DNA of 64,000 bases from a virus. Lineage: Duplodnaviria; Caudoviricetes. The translations under genes and the position numbers were made by a program. Under the pieces are notes generated by a model. The model was not told the DNA's origin. It ran no database searches and was given only the letters and a program-made list of their open reading frames with translations. Numbering within the stretch: the stretch's first letter is position 1; each line of letters begins with the position of its first letter. The stretch covers positions 9,493 through 73,492 of IMG/VR virus record IMGVR_UViG_2852501635_000002; one strand, given 5' to 3'. Shown here piece by piece: positions 9,839-18,862 of the stretch.

Positions 9839-10129
9839 ATGGCTAACTTACGCAAAGAAGCTAGAGGTCGTGAATGCCAAATTAGAATGCCTGGTGTCTG
9901 TAATGGTAATTCTGAAACTGTCGTCTTAGCTCATTATCGAATGTCTGGCATTTGCGGTACCGGAATAAAACCTAATGATATTTTTGGTGCTTGGGCATGT
10001 AGTGCTTGTCACGATGAATCAGATAGACGTACCCACTACGTCGATGCTGAATACGCAAAGCAATGTCATTTAGAAGGTGTTATTCGTACTCAGGATATTC
10101 TCATCAAGGAGGGTAAGATTAAGGTATGA
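9839..10129 (+). CDS. DUF1364/YbcO-family protein
   Basis: LRKEARGRECQIR.PGVCNGNSETVVLAHYR...ACSACHD. Confidence 0.88.
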   Translation: MANLRKEARGRECQIRMPGVCNGNSETVVLAHYRMSGICGTGIKPNDIFGAWACSACHDESDRRTHYVDAEYAKQCHLEGVIRTQDILIKEGKIKV

Positions 10130-10491
10130 ACGAGTATCAATTAAAATTGCCGTGGCCACCTAGCAATAATACATACTGGAGGCATTGTAGAGGACGGCAT
10201 TATATCTCACCCAAAGGCACCAACTACCGAAAGCAAGTAACAGATTACATCAAGCAACATAACCTAGACGTCAAAACCACTTCCCGCATCAAAATAGTCA
10301 TCACAGCAAATCCCCCAGATAAACGACAAAGAGACCTCGATAACTTGCCTAAAGCGGTTTTCGATTCGTTAACTCATGCCGAATTTTGGGGCGATGATAG
10401 CCAAATTGATGATATGCGGATCCGTCGAGGTGAAAAGGTTACTCATGGCTCATTAGATATCACGATATGGGAGATAGATGATGTTCACTGA
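10126..10491 (+). CDS. rusA: Holliday junction resolvase RusA
   Basis: LPWPPSNNTYWR, RDLDNLPK, DDSQID. Confidence 0.93.
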   Translation: MNEYQLKLPWPPSNNTYWRHCRGRHYISPKGTNYRKQVTDYIKQHNLDVKTTSRIKIVITANPPDKRQRDLDNLPKAVFDSLTHAEFWGDDSQIDDMRIRRGEKVTHGSLDITIWEIDDVH

Positions 10492-10672
10492 CTTAATCGC
10501 AGCTATTGAAGAAGCAAGATATTTAAAATACAAATCAGGCGGTCGAGTTAACTTCTGTGTAATGCAAGTTATGGACTATATGGAAGTGGTAAGCGGGCTG
10601 ATGGATGGTGTCAGGGTTTTATATACAACTGCCAATGATGATTATCACACAGTATTACCGGAGGCGAGATGA
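10478..10672 (+). CDS. Hypothetical protein
   Basis: Coupled ORF between rusA and Q. Confidence 0.6.
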   Translation: MMFTDLIAAIEEARYLKYKSGGRVNFCVMQVMDYMEVVSGLMDGVRVLYTTANDDYHTVLPEAR

Positions 10673-11172
10673 GCTATATCGGAGAAAAGGAATTAACAGA
10701 TGAGCAGTTTCGCTGGCTTGATGGTTGGTTAAATCTGTGGGGGGCTTGGGTATATTCTGGTCGTATCGATATTCGCATGATCAATATGATTTATAAATTC
10801 ATGCAAACAGTTGAGCCAAGTAAAAACCCATCAAGACCTATGTGCAATGACGATGAAGGAATGTTGATTTCTCAGGTCGTAGATTCAGTCATCGCCACTG
10901 ACACACAGGCTTATGGAATATTACTAAGTTATTACGCTCACGGATCATCTAAGTTGTCGATTGCATCTTACTATCACCGAGTTGCAAAACCACGCAAAAT
11001 GCAAACAAGAGGGGGGAATAAATACGCCAAGCCATCTCATAGAACTTGCAGGAGAGAAGTCGATGAAAAACTCAAAGCTGCTCAGTGGTTATTGTACGAA
11101 CCTCTGCGAAATGCAATGAATAATCGTAAACGTGTAGCTAAAGTAAAGAAAATAGCTGAACTTTGCTATTGA
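10669..11172 (+). CDS. Late antiterminator Q
   Basis: WLNLWGAWV...PMCNDDEGMLISQVV; last gene before late promoter. Confidence 0.85.
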   Translation: MSYIGEKELTDEQFRWLDGWLNLWGAWVYSGRIDIRMINMIYKFMQTVEPSKNPSRPMCNDDEGMLISQVVDSVIATDTQAYGILLSYYAHGSSKLSIASYYHRVAKPRKMQTRGGNKYAKPSHRTCRREVDEKLKAAQWLLYEPLRNAMNNRKRVAKVKKIAELCY

Positions 11173-11197
11173 CATTAATGGACAAATGGACAACAAT
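11169..11197 (+). promoter_or_regulatory. Late promoter pR' with direct-repeat Q-binding element
   Basis: TTGACA-17-AACAAT with ATGGACAA repeated in the spacer. Confidence 0.5.
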
Positions 11198-11245
11198 TAT
11201 AAGGTAAGTTGCTTTACGTGACTCTTAAGTTTGCTTACCTCATTC

Positions 11246-11269
11246 AAGACCTCGCTACGGCGGGGTTTT
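11246..11269 (+). terminator. tR'-like intrinsic terminator
   Basis: AAGACCTCGC-TACG-GCGGGGTTTT. Confidence 0.7.
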
Positions 11270-11315
11270 AGCTTATAAACATTGAAAATAATGCATATTT
11301 CCCATATTGTACTTG

Positions 11316-11425
11316 TGTGTTAAGTAAGTACGGTCGTGGGGTGCTGACATCCCCGATCTGAGCACAATCCTCGGCAAGGGATTATGCTTAATGAAAGCCT
11401 GATAGAGATATCGGGCTTTTTTTTT
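11316..11425 (+). ncRNA. Candidate standalone sRNA
   Basis: TTGAAA-17-TATTGT promoter (11282-11310), two hairpins, terminator 11394-11425, no ORF. Confidence 0.45.
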
Positions 11426-11439
11426 GTATCTAAAATCCG

Positions 11440-11506
11440 AACAGTGCCCCTCATAACCTCTACGCAGAACGGAGAAATCTGGTTTGCGATACGTTTGGGG
11501 CTTTCT
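11440..11506 (+). ncRNA. 67-nt structured element, orphan copy of the RNA upstream of the satellite Abi gene
   Basis: 66/67 identical to 57434-57500; GCCCC/GGGGC outer stem and inner GAAA tetraloop stem. Confidence 0.6.
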
Positions 11507-11614
11507 ATTTTAATTCCCCGAATTCGAGGGAATAAGTTTTTGATATTTATCCAGAGTGCTTATTTGCATTGTGGTAATCCAACTCTCCGGAAATTCCGGA
11601 TAGTTCACATTCAG

Positions 11615-11638
11615 AAGATCGCTTAGGCGGTCTTTTTT
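11615..11638 (+). terminator. Intrinsic terminator after hairpin cluster
   Basis: AAGATCGC-TTAG-GCGGTCTT-TTTT. Confidence 0.7.
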
Positions 11639-11713
11639 CGTATATATTAATTTGCCTTTAGCTTTATATCTTCTTGTCATAAAATGTAATTTGGATTTTT
11701 GCAAGGAGATGTA

Positions 11714-12481
11714 ATGAGCCAATTAGAATTGCCATTAATTTCTAGGCAGGAAAACAATGTAGTTATTTCACAAAGAGCTCATGATGGATACATAAATGCT
11801 ACTGCAATGTGTAAAGCGGCTGGCAAGTTGTTAGGGCATTATTTGGAAAATTCAACAGCTAAATCATTTCTATCTGAGTTGTCAGCCGATATCGGAATTC
11901 CGATATCGGAACTAATTCAAACAGTTAGAGGTGGATTTCCTCAAATGCAAGGCACTTGGGTTCATCCGCAGGTAGCCATCAACTTAGGTCAATGGGCTTC
12001 ACCTAAGTTTGCTGTTCTTGTTTCAAAATGGGTATTCGATTGGATGTCTGGTGCAAAACAGCATCAATCAGCGATGCCATATCATGTAAGGCGTTACTTA
12101 ATTAATCGGGAAAAAATACCGCCAACTCACTTTTCTATGCTGGATCAAATGACTTTAAAGTTATTAGCTCCATTAGAATCTAGAGGGTATATGCTCCCAC
12201 AAAAACTTATGCCTGACATATCTTTAGGTAGATTCTTTAGCGATATTCTCAGGGCTAGAGGTTATGATCCTGATTCATTTCCTGTTTATGAGCATGAATT
12301 TGATGATGGAAGAAGACCAGTTGTTGAGGCAAGGCTTTATCCAAATGAGTTAATGACAATGTTTAATTTTGAAATTAACAACTGGATAAAGAATAAATCA
12401 ATAACTTACTTTAAGGGTAAAGATAAAGAAGCATTACCTCATCTGAATGATATAATATTAGCCTTACCAGCCCCAGAGTAA
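11714..12481 (+). CDS. KilA-N domain protein
   Basis: DGYINATAMCKAAGK...QGTWVHPQVAINLGQWASPKFAV. Confidence 0.92.
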   Translation: MSQLELPLISRQENNVVISQRAHDGYINATAMCKAAGKLLGHYLENSTAKSFLSELSADIGIPISELIQTVRGGFPQMQGTWVHPQVAINLGQWASPKFAVLVSKWVFDWMSGAKQHQSAMPYHVRRYLINREKIPPTHFSMLDQMTLKLLAPLESRGYMLPQKLMPDISLGRFFSDILRARGYDPDSFPVYEHEFDDGRRPVVEARLYPNELMTMFNFEINNWIKNKSITYFKGKDKEALPHLNDIILALPAPE

Positions 12482-12616
12482 TTATGAATCACTTATAGCA
12501 AGCCTCACTTTTAGTGGGGCTTTTTCGTATATGCCGACCACAGAATCAATCACAACACCTCACGTTCACACAAGAGCTGTGAGTCGGCGTTCTATTAACT
12601 AATCAGGACTACATAT

Positions 12617-13006
12617 ATGCAAGAGCCGTTAACAGGCACAGCAACCGCCTCGTTAGCGGGTGTCTCTATTGTAGGTCTCTATTCAGGTATGGACGCAGGC
12701 GTTGTTATCGGTGCGTTCGCAGGGGCGGTGATATTTGTATTGTCTGCTCATGATATCCGACTGTTAAAACGATGGGCGTATTTCACGGTTGCATTTGCGA
12801 TTGGGATATTAGGCGCTGATTTCATGTCGTCACTACTAAGTGGCATTGTTGGAGATAGAGAGGTTGATCGCTCTGTTGGTGCAATGTTCTCATCGGCTGG
12901 TTTGGTTGGTGTTTTGGTAACAATATCTAAACCCGGTGCGCTCACGGACAGTATCAACAACGTTATTAATAACCTGATAGATAAATTCAGAGGAGGTGGG
13001 AGATGA
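12617..13006 (+). CDS. Putative holin/antiholin
   Basis: Multiple TM segments, first in lysis cassette. Confidence 0.75.
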   Translation: MQEPLTGTATASLAGVSIVGLYSGMDAGVVIGAFAGAVIFVLSAHDIRLLKRWAYFTVAFAIGILGADFMSSLLSGIVGDREVDRSVGAMFSSAGLVGVLVTISKPGALTDSINNVINNLIDKFRGGGR

Positions 13007-13296
13007 CCATCTCAATGTTTTGGATTTACGTCAATTTTTTCTCATGCTTATTCGCTGTTATTCGTCTTGTTAACTATGAGCGTAACGGCGCTAAATACAA
13101 ATTTTTTCCGTCACTTATAGCATGGGTTCTCATTGTTATGCTGGGTTCTATCCCACTACGCATATTAACGAATGACTACGCCCATGCAGATCCATTTGAA
13201 GTCGGAATCAATATCACACTATGCGCGCTAATAATTCTTAGTCGTGGGAATGTGATGCAAATATTTAGAGGGGTTAGTAAAAATGACACTCGGTGA
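13003..13296 (+). CDS. Phage holin
   Basis: 3 TM segments, RGNV C-terminal motif. Confidence 0.8.
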   Translation: MTISMFWIYVNFFSCLFAVIRLVNYERNGAKYKFFPSLIAWVLIVMLGSIPLRILTNDYAHADPFEVGINITLCALIILSRGNVMQIFRGVSKNDTR

Positions 13297-13615
13297 GAAG
13301 CAACGAAAGTTCACTCGCATGATTGCGGACTTAATTATCTTTGCCTACGACAACGGCTATGAGCTGACGTTTTCAGAAGCATACCGAACGCCTGAGCAAG
13401 CACAGTTAAATGCCAAATCAGGTGCTGGTATTAAAAACAGCTTACACACACAACGCCTAGCTGTGGATTTCAACCTATTTAAAGACGGTAAATATCTAAC
13501 AGCATCAAGTGACCATAAATTACTTGGCGAATACTGGGAATCTATCGGCGGTACGTGGGGCGGTCGATTCAATGACGGCAATCACTACTCGTTAGAGCAC
13601 AATGGCGTTAAGTAA
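13283..13615 (+). CDS. Endolysin, M15-family peptidase
   Basis: EAYRTPEQ, SLHTQRLAVDF, WGGRFNDGNHYS. Confidence 0.9.
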   Translation: MTLGEKQRKFTRMIADLIIFAYDNGYELTFSEAYRTPEQAQLNAKSGAGIKNSLHTQRLAVDFNLFKDGKYLTASSDHKLLGEYWESIGGTWGGRFNDGNHYSLEHNGVK

Positions 13616-13616
13616 T

Positions 13617-14069
13617 ATGAATACGCTAACTAAGGTATTAGCCGGACTACTGGCAATATCTGCATTCTGGCTATGGTGGGTGATAGATGACTACGACAAA
13701 TTAAGCAAAGATTACAACATAGCAACCAATCAGTTATCTCAACAAGTCGAAATCAACAAAGACTACCAAGCCCGTATCACTCGATTAAATCAACTCGATA
13801 TTAAATACACTCAGGAGTTAGCCAGTGCAAAGAATGAAATTGACACTCTTCGTGATGCTGTTAACTCTGGTTCTAAGCGGGTGTATGTCAAAGCCGAGTG
13901 TCCAGCAGTCACCAAGAATCCCACCGAAAGCGGAAGCAATGAAGCCACCGCACGACTTAACAAAGCAGTTGAACAAGATTATCTACGTCTCAGAGAAATG
14001 ATAGTCGAGAACGAACAGCAAACTTTGTATTTGCAGAATTACATTAACACTGAATGCCTCGCTCAATAG
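13617..14069 (+). CDS. Rz i-spanin
   Basis: N-terminal TM, coiled coil, LQNYINTECL C-terminus. Confidence 0.9.
   Translation: MNTLTKVLAGLLAISAFWLWWVIDDYDKLSKDYNIATNQLSQQVEINKDYQARITRLNQLDIKYTQELASAKNEIDTLRDAVNSGSKRVYVKAECPAVTKNPTESGSNEATARLNKAVEQDYLRLREMIVENEQQTLYLQNYINTECLAQ
13834..14001 (+). CDS. Rz1 o-spanin lipoprotein embedded in Rz
   Basis: Hand translation MKLTLFVMLLTLVLSGCMSKPSVQQSPRIPP...; LSGC lipobox, Pro-rich. Confidence 0.85.
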   Translation: MKLTLFVMLLTLVLSGCMSKPSVQQSPRIPPKAEAMKPPHDLTKQLNKIIYVSEK

Positions 14070-14509
14070 CGGGGCTTTTTAATGGAGAAATATCATGGCA
14101 GCACAAGGTTTCGATACCCCAACTCAATTCCGTGAAGAGCTGGATAAAAGCATTCCAAAAGAATAAAAAAAGCCCAGCATGGGGGCTGGGCAAACTAACA
14201 AGATATCAATCAAAGTGTAGCGATAGCTACTTAGTATAGCTTAAGTAAATATATATATCAGCAATTAGATAAGTCGTTTATCCATTAAGGAGAGTGATCA
14301 TATCTTGACTGCTAGGAACAGACTAGAAGTGGCTTAGCAGTGTATCGCTAAGCTGCGAACTCTACGCATTTCACCGGCGCATTCACCGCGCAATTAAAAC
14401 ACTCACAGAACCTTACAGAAAGTCGAACCTGAGAAAAACCGTTAATGGTGTTTTCTGTGGGGCGGTTATTTCTGGTGAACAGGTTCGCTTTTCTATAAGG
14501 AAATACACC

Positions 14510-15196
14510 ATGTCTTTAGTGGAAATTAAAAAGTTTGATTTGTTAACTAGCTCTTCTGCAATTGCTGATGGAGTTAAAAAGAAACACAAAACAGTCATTC
14601 AGCTTGTTCGTCACTATGTCGATGACCTTAATGAATTTGGAAGGGTAGCATTTGAAATGCGATCCTTTGATACCGATGGTGGACGACAGAAACAACAGGT
14701 GGCGTTACTTAATGAGCAGCAGGCAACGTTGTTAATTACATATATGCGTAATAATGATGTTGTTAGGGCATTCAAGAAAAAGCTTGTTTCTGAATTCTTT
14801 AAAATGCGATCGGCTTTGGCTGCTAAGAAATTAGATAGAAACACATCAAGATTGGAATATAAGCCAATGACTGATGCAGTTAAAAAGTCGAGAGAAGAGC
14901 AAGGTAAAACTATTTCACCTCATCACTTCAGTAACGAGGCAGACTTAATTAATCGTATTGTGCTTGGTATGACATCTGCTAAGTTTCGTGTTCATAACGA
15001 AATAGGAAAGAAAGAACCTATTCGTGATTACCTAACTCCAGAGCAAATACATTGCGTAACCGAATTGCAAAGAGCCAACACAGTGTTTATCTCAATGGGA
15101 TGGAGCTTTGAACAACGAAAGGATGAATTAACTAAGTTGTTTAATAAAAACCATAAGCAACCATTACTCGATGAGATGCATAGATTGGCGGCGTAA
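14510..15196 (+). CDS. Rha-family regulator
   Basis: SSAIADGVKKKHKTVIQLVR, LLNEQQATLLITYMRN, HFSNEADLINRIVLG. Confidence 0.9.
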   Translation: MSLVEIKKFDLLTSSSAIADGVKKKHKTVIQLVRHYVDDLNEFGRVAFEMRSFDTDGGRQKQQVALLNEQQATLLITYMRNNDVVRAFKKKLVSEFFKMRSALAAKKLDRNTSRLEYKPMTDAVKKSREEQGKTISPHHFSNEADLINRIVLGMTSAKFRVHNEIGKKEPIRDYLTPEQIHCVTELQRANTVFISMGWSFEQRKDELTKLFNKNHKQPLLDEMHRLAA

Positions 15197-15278
15197 AATT
15201 GCGCTTTGCTTGTAAATCAATAAATTACCGATGCACTAAAAGTTGCATCACATGAATAGGCCCTAGTGGCCTTTTTTA

Positions 15279-15506
15279 TTGGGTGGAATATGTATGCAAA
15301 AGAAACCTGCTTTTATCGATCGAATTGAAGTGATAGTGACAATGAAAACTGGTGAGTTAATTTATGGATACACAACCTTACCATGCGACATTAAAGATGA
15401 AGGTAAATTCATTGAGCTAAGCGCTGATAAATGCGGATTAGATGTGATCTATGTGAACAAAGATGAAATAAGTTACGTGAAGTTTAGTTTCATCACCAAG
15501 GAATAG
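15279..15506 (+). CDS. Hypothetical protein
   Basis: ORF; small beta-rich, weakly similar to next ORF. Confidence 0.55.
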   Translation: MGGICMQKKPAFIDRIEVIVTMKTGELIYGYTTLPCDIKDEGKFIELSADKCGLDVIYVNKDEISYVKFSFITKE

Positions 15507-15508
15507 CT

Positions 15509-15694
15509 ATGTCAGAAAAATATCACGTAATAGCAACTAAGAAAGACGGCACAACCTATGAAGGCATGATGACTACTAAAGAGCCTCGGGTGACTAACGG
15601 GTTAATTGGCATCGCATCACTAGATGGCTCATGGGTATACATATCACCTGATGAGATTAGTGATATTAAATATGTGCCAGTAGTTGAACAGTAA
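15509..15694 (+). CDS. Hypothetical protein
   Basis: ORF with RBS. Confidence 0.6.
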   Translation: MSEKYHVIATKKDGTTYEGMMTTKEPRVTNGLIGIASLDGSWVYISPDEISDIKYVPVVEQ

Positions 15695-15841
15695 ATGATT
15701 ATTCATTTTAGAAAATTCTACAAATGTCATTCTTTGAGTGGCATTGATAGAGTTTTATATAGGTTTATATCCTTAACGGTGTCATTGATTGCCGGAGGTA
15801 TATAAACGAAACCAGTTAATTATTCTAAAAGAGGCTGATTA

Positions 15842-16282
15842 ATGGCGACTGAAAAGAAAATGGGTCGCCCTTCTGATTACTTACCAGAGGTGGCGGACGA
15901 TGTATGCGCTCTAATTGCCGATGGTGAAAGTTTGCGTTCTGTATGCAAGCGACCAGGAATGCCAAACACAACTAAAGTCATGCGTTGGTTGCGAGAATAC
16001 CCTGACTTTCGTGAACAGTACGCGAAAGCGATGGAATCAAGAGCTGATGCCGTGTTTGAAGAGTTGTTTGATATTGCTGATGATGTAACAGAAGAACCAT
16101 CGGCAGTTGCTAAGGCAAGGTTAAGGATAGATACCAGAAAGTGGGCTTTAGCAAGAATGAGCCCTAAAAAGTATGGGGACAAGGTAACTCAGGATATTGA
16201 TTTGAAATCATCTGACGGATCAATGTCACCGACAAAAATAGTTCTTGTTGCCGGAGGTAGCAATGACGGTAGCGAGGATTGA
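15842..16282 (+). CDS. terS: Terminase small subunit, Sf6 gp1-like
   Basis: MATEKKMGRPSDY.PEVADD...GESL..VCKRPGMP...AKARLRIDTRKWALARM.PKKYGDKVT. Confidence 0.93.
   Translation: MATEKKMGRPSDYLPEVADDVCALIADGESLRSVCKRPGMPNTTKVMRWLREYPDFREQYAKAMESRADAVFEELFDIADDVTEEPSAVAKARLRIDTRKWALARMSPKKYGDKVTQDIDLKSSDGSMSPTKIVLVAGGSNDGSED
16005..16024 (+). promoter_or_regulatory. Probable pac site core inside terS
   Basis: ACTTTCGTGAACAGTACGCG, copied exactly at 57076-57095; P22 and Sf6 pac sites lie inside terS. Confidence 0.6.
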
Positions 16283-17507
16283 AATACCACCTAAATTAAT
16301 TCCGGTTTTTGAAGGTAACTATCGCTATCGATGTTCACACGGCGGGCGAGGATCTGCAAAGACAAGAACATTTGCATTAATGACAGCGATTCGTGGCTAC
16401 ATGGCCGCAATGAATGGTCAATCAGGTGTAATACTTTGTGCTCGTGAGTACATGAACTCGTTAGAAGAATCATCAATGGAAGAGGTAAAGCAGGCAATAC
16501 GCTCTGTGCCTTGGTTAAATGATTTCTATGAACTTGGTGAGAAGTATATCCGCACAAAATGTCGCTCTGTTAGTTATGTGTTTGCAGGGTTGCGACATAA
16601 CTTAGATAGCATTAAATCTAAGGCGAGAATATTAATCGCCTGGGTTGACGAGGCTGAATCAGTATCAGAAATAGCATGGACTAAATTAACGCCCACTGTT
16701 CGTGAAGCTGGTTCTGAAATATGGGTGACATGGAACCCAGAAAGAGACGGAAGTGCTACGGATAAACGTTTTAGAAAGAATCCCCCTGATAATTCTGTTG
16801 TTGTTGAGATGAACTACGGAGATAACCCGTGGTTTCCATCAGTGCTTGAAGAAGAACGATTAAGCGATCAGGAAAGATTGGACTCTGCTACTTACGCATG
16901 GATTTGGGAAGGGGCTTATCTTGAAAACTCCGATAAGCAGGTATTAGCAAATAAATACGTTGTTAAATCATTCCCTGATGACTTATGGCAGAAAGCAGAC
17001 AGATTACTATTCGGTGCTGACTTCGGCTTTGCGAAAGACCCTAACACGCTATTGCGCCAATTCATTCTAAACGACTGCCTGTACATCGAGTACGAGGCAT
17101 ACGGAATAGGTGTTGAGCTTGACCATATGCCAGCGTTTTACGACAAGATACCTGAATCTCGCAAGTGGCCAATTAAAGCAGACTCCGCACGACCCGAAAC
17201 AATCAGCTATTTAAAACGCCAAGGCTTCAATATCTCTGCCGCTAAAAAATGGCAAGGTAGCGTAGAAGATGGCATTACACATCTGCGCGGATTCAAGCAA
17301 ATAATCATCCATCCTCGCTGTAAAGAAACAGCAAAAGAAGCTCGTCTTTACTCATACAAAACAGACCGGATCACTGGTGAGGTTCTTCCCGTTATTGAGG
17401 ATAAGAATAACCATTGCTGGGATGCGGTTAGATATGGGCTTGATGGGTATATCACACAAAAATCAAATGCAGGCCTATTGGTTCCAAAACGATTACTGAG
17501 GCGATAA
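16263..17507 (+). CDS. terL: Terminase large subunit, PBSX family (headful)
   Basis: GGRGSAKT Walker A, WVDEAE Walker B, GADFGF, NHCWDAVRYG. Confidence 0.95.
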   Translation: MTVARIEIPPKLIPVFEGNYRYRCSHGGRGSAKTRTFALMTAIRGYMAAMNGQSGVILCAREYMNSLEESSMEEVKQAIRSVPWLNDFYELGEKYIRTKCRSVSYVFAGLRHNLDSIKSKARILIAWVDEAESVSEIAWTKLTPTVREAGSEIWVTWNPERDGSATDKRFRKNPPDNSVVVEMNYGDNPWFPSVLEEERLSDQERLDSATYAWIWEGAYLENSDKQVLANKYVVKSFPDDLWQKADRLLFGADFGFAKDPNTLLRQFILNDCLYIEYEAYGIGVELDHMPAFYDKIPESRKWPIKADSARPETISYLKRQGFNISAAKKWQGSVEDGITHLRGFKQIIIHPRCKETAKEARLYSYKTDRITGEVLPVIEDKNNHCWDAVRYGLDGYITQKSNAGLLVPKRLLRR

Positions 17508-18862
17508 TGCAAGAAAACATGAAACTAGCCGTCAATCACATGGTGAGTGACGCGATAGCTCGTGCCCGTATGGCTTTGGTTAATCCAACCATGGGGCTTG
17601 ATGCGAAGCGATCATCTGCTTGGTGTGAATACGGATTCAAACAAGATTTAACCTTTGAGGATTTATATAAACTATTTCGCCGTGGTGGGATTGCCTTTGG
17701 TGGGGTAACAAAACTCGTAGGTAATTGCTGGAAAACATCACCTCAAGTGATTGAGGGTGACAAAGCAGATAAATACAAGAAAGAAACAACTTGGGAAGCT
17801 TCATTTAAAAAGTACGTGAATAAACGTATCTGGAAAGCATTCAAAGAAGCAGACCAGAAGCGACTTGTCGGTCGTTATGCAGGTTTAATTCTTCATATCA
17901 ATGATAGTGGGAAGTGGCATGAGCCCGTCACGAAATCAAAGCTACTTAAAAAAGCAACGCCAGCATGGGCGAATGCAATTAAGCCTACTGATTGGGTGAC
18001 GGATATTAACTCTCCTAATTACGGTCAACCTAGCATGTGGCAGTACACGGAGACGCTACCGAATGGTGGGACTAGAAATATCAATATCCATCCGGATCGG
18101 GTTTTTATTCTCGGTGATTATTCAGTTGACGCTATCGGTTTTCTTGAGCCTGCCTATAACGCCTTTGTAAGCCTTGAAAAGGTTGAAGGCGGATCTGGTG
18201 AATCATTTCTTAAAAACGCAGCAAGACAGCTAAATATTAACTACGAAAAGGAAGCTAGTCTTGATGAAATGGCAAGAATGTATGGTGTTGACATTGCTGG
18301 GTTGCAGGAAATTTATAATGAAGTAGCAAGAGAAATCAACGCAGGTAATGATTCGGTTCTTGTTACGAAGGGCGCAAATGTCAGCCCTATGGTCACTGCC
18401 GTATCTGATCCGACACCAACCTATATGGTTAACCTACAAACCGCATCAGCCGCAATGGATATTCCATCCAAAATACTTGTTGGTATGCAAACGGGCGAAA
18501 GAGCCAGCACCGAAGATCAGAAGTATTTCAACGCTCGATGTCAGTCACGCAGAGAAAGCGAGCTCTCATTTGAGATAGAGGACTTCATCGATCATCTAAT
18601 TAACATCAAGGTACTAGATCCTATCGGTGAGAAAACAGTTATTTGGGATGATTTAAACGAGCAATCAGCTATTGAGAAGCTCGACAGCGCTGAGAAGATG
18701 AGCAGAATTAATCAAGCAGCTCTCTCTACTGGTGAGCCAGTGTTTAGCGTCGAAGAAATTAGGACGGCAGCTGGCTATGAAAATGATAGTGAAGAGCCAT
18801 TAGGTGAAACTGATGAAGATACAGAAGATAAGGACGGCGATAAGACCCGGAACGAAAGCTGA
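17507..18862 (+). CDS. Portal protein (DUF1073-like)
   Basis: Follows terL; IHPDRV, IPSKILVG.Q.GERASTED. Confidence 0.85.
   Translation: MQENMKLAVNHMVSDAIARARMALVNPTMGLDAKRSSAWCEYGFKQDLTFEDLYKLFRRGGIAFGGVTKLVGNCWKTSPQVIEGDKADKYKKETTWEASFKKYVNKRIWKAFKEADQKRLVGRYAGLILHINDSGKWHEPVTKSKLLKKATPAWANAIKPTDWVTDINSPNYGQPSMWQYTETLPNGGTRNINIHPDRVFILGDYSVDAIGFLEPAYNAFVSLEKVEGGSGESFLKNAARQLNINYEKEASLDEMARMYGVDIAGLQEIYNEVAREINAGNDSVLVTKGANVSPMVTAVSDPTPTYMVNLQTASAAMDIPSKILVGMQTGERASTEDQKYFNARCQSRRESELSFEIEDFIDHLINIKVLDPIGEKTVIWDDLNEQSAIEKLDSAEKMSRINQAALSTGEPVFSVEEIRTAAGYENDSEEPLGETDEDTEDKDGDKTRNES

Noticed and set aside
11384-11722. ORFs 11384-11626, 11510-11722 and 60985-61200 sharing LIFIQSAYLHCG
   Set aside because: The shared peptide just reflects the 36-bp DNA repeat; ORFs cross terminators and hairpins
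17507-18862. Anti-CBASS Acb1 label sometimes given to DUF1073 proteins
   Set aside because: Position after terL and size indicate the portal; no HxT phosphoesterase motif pair recognised
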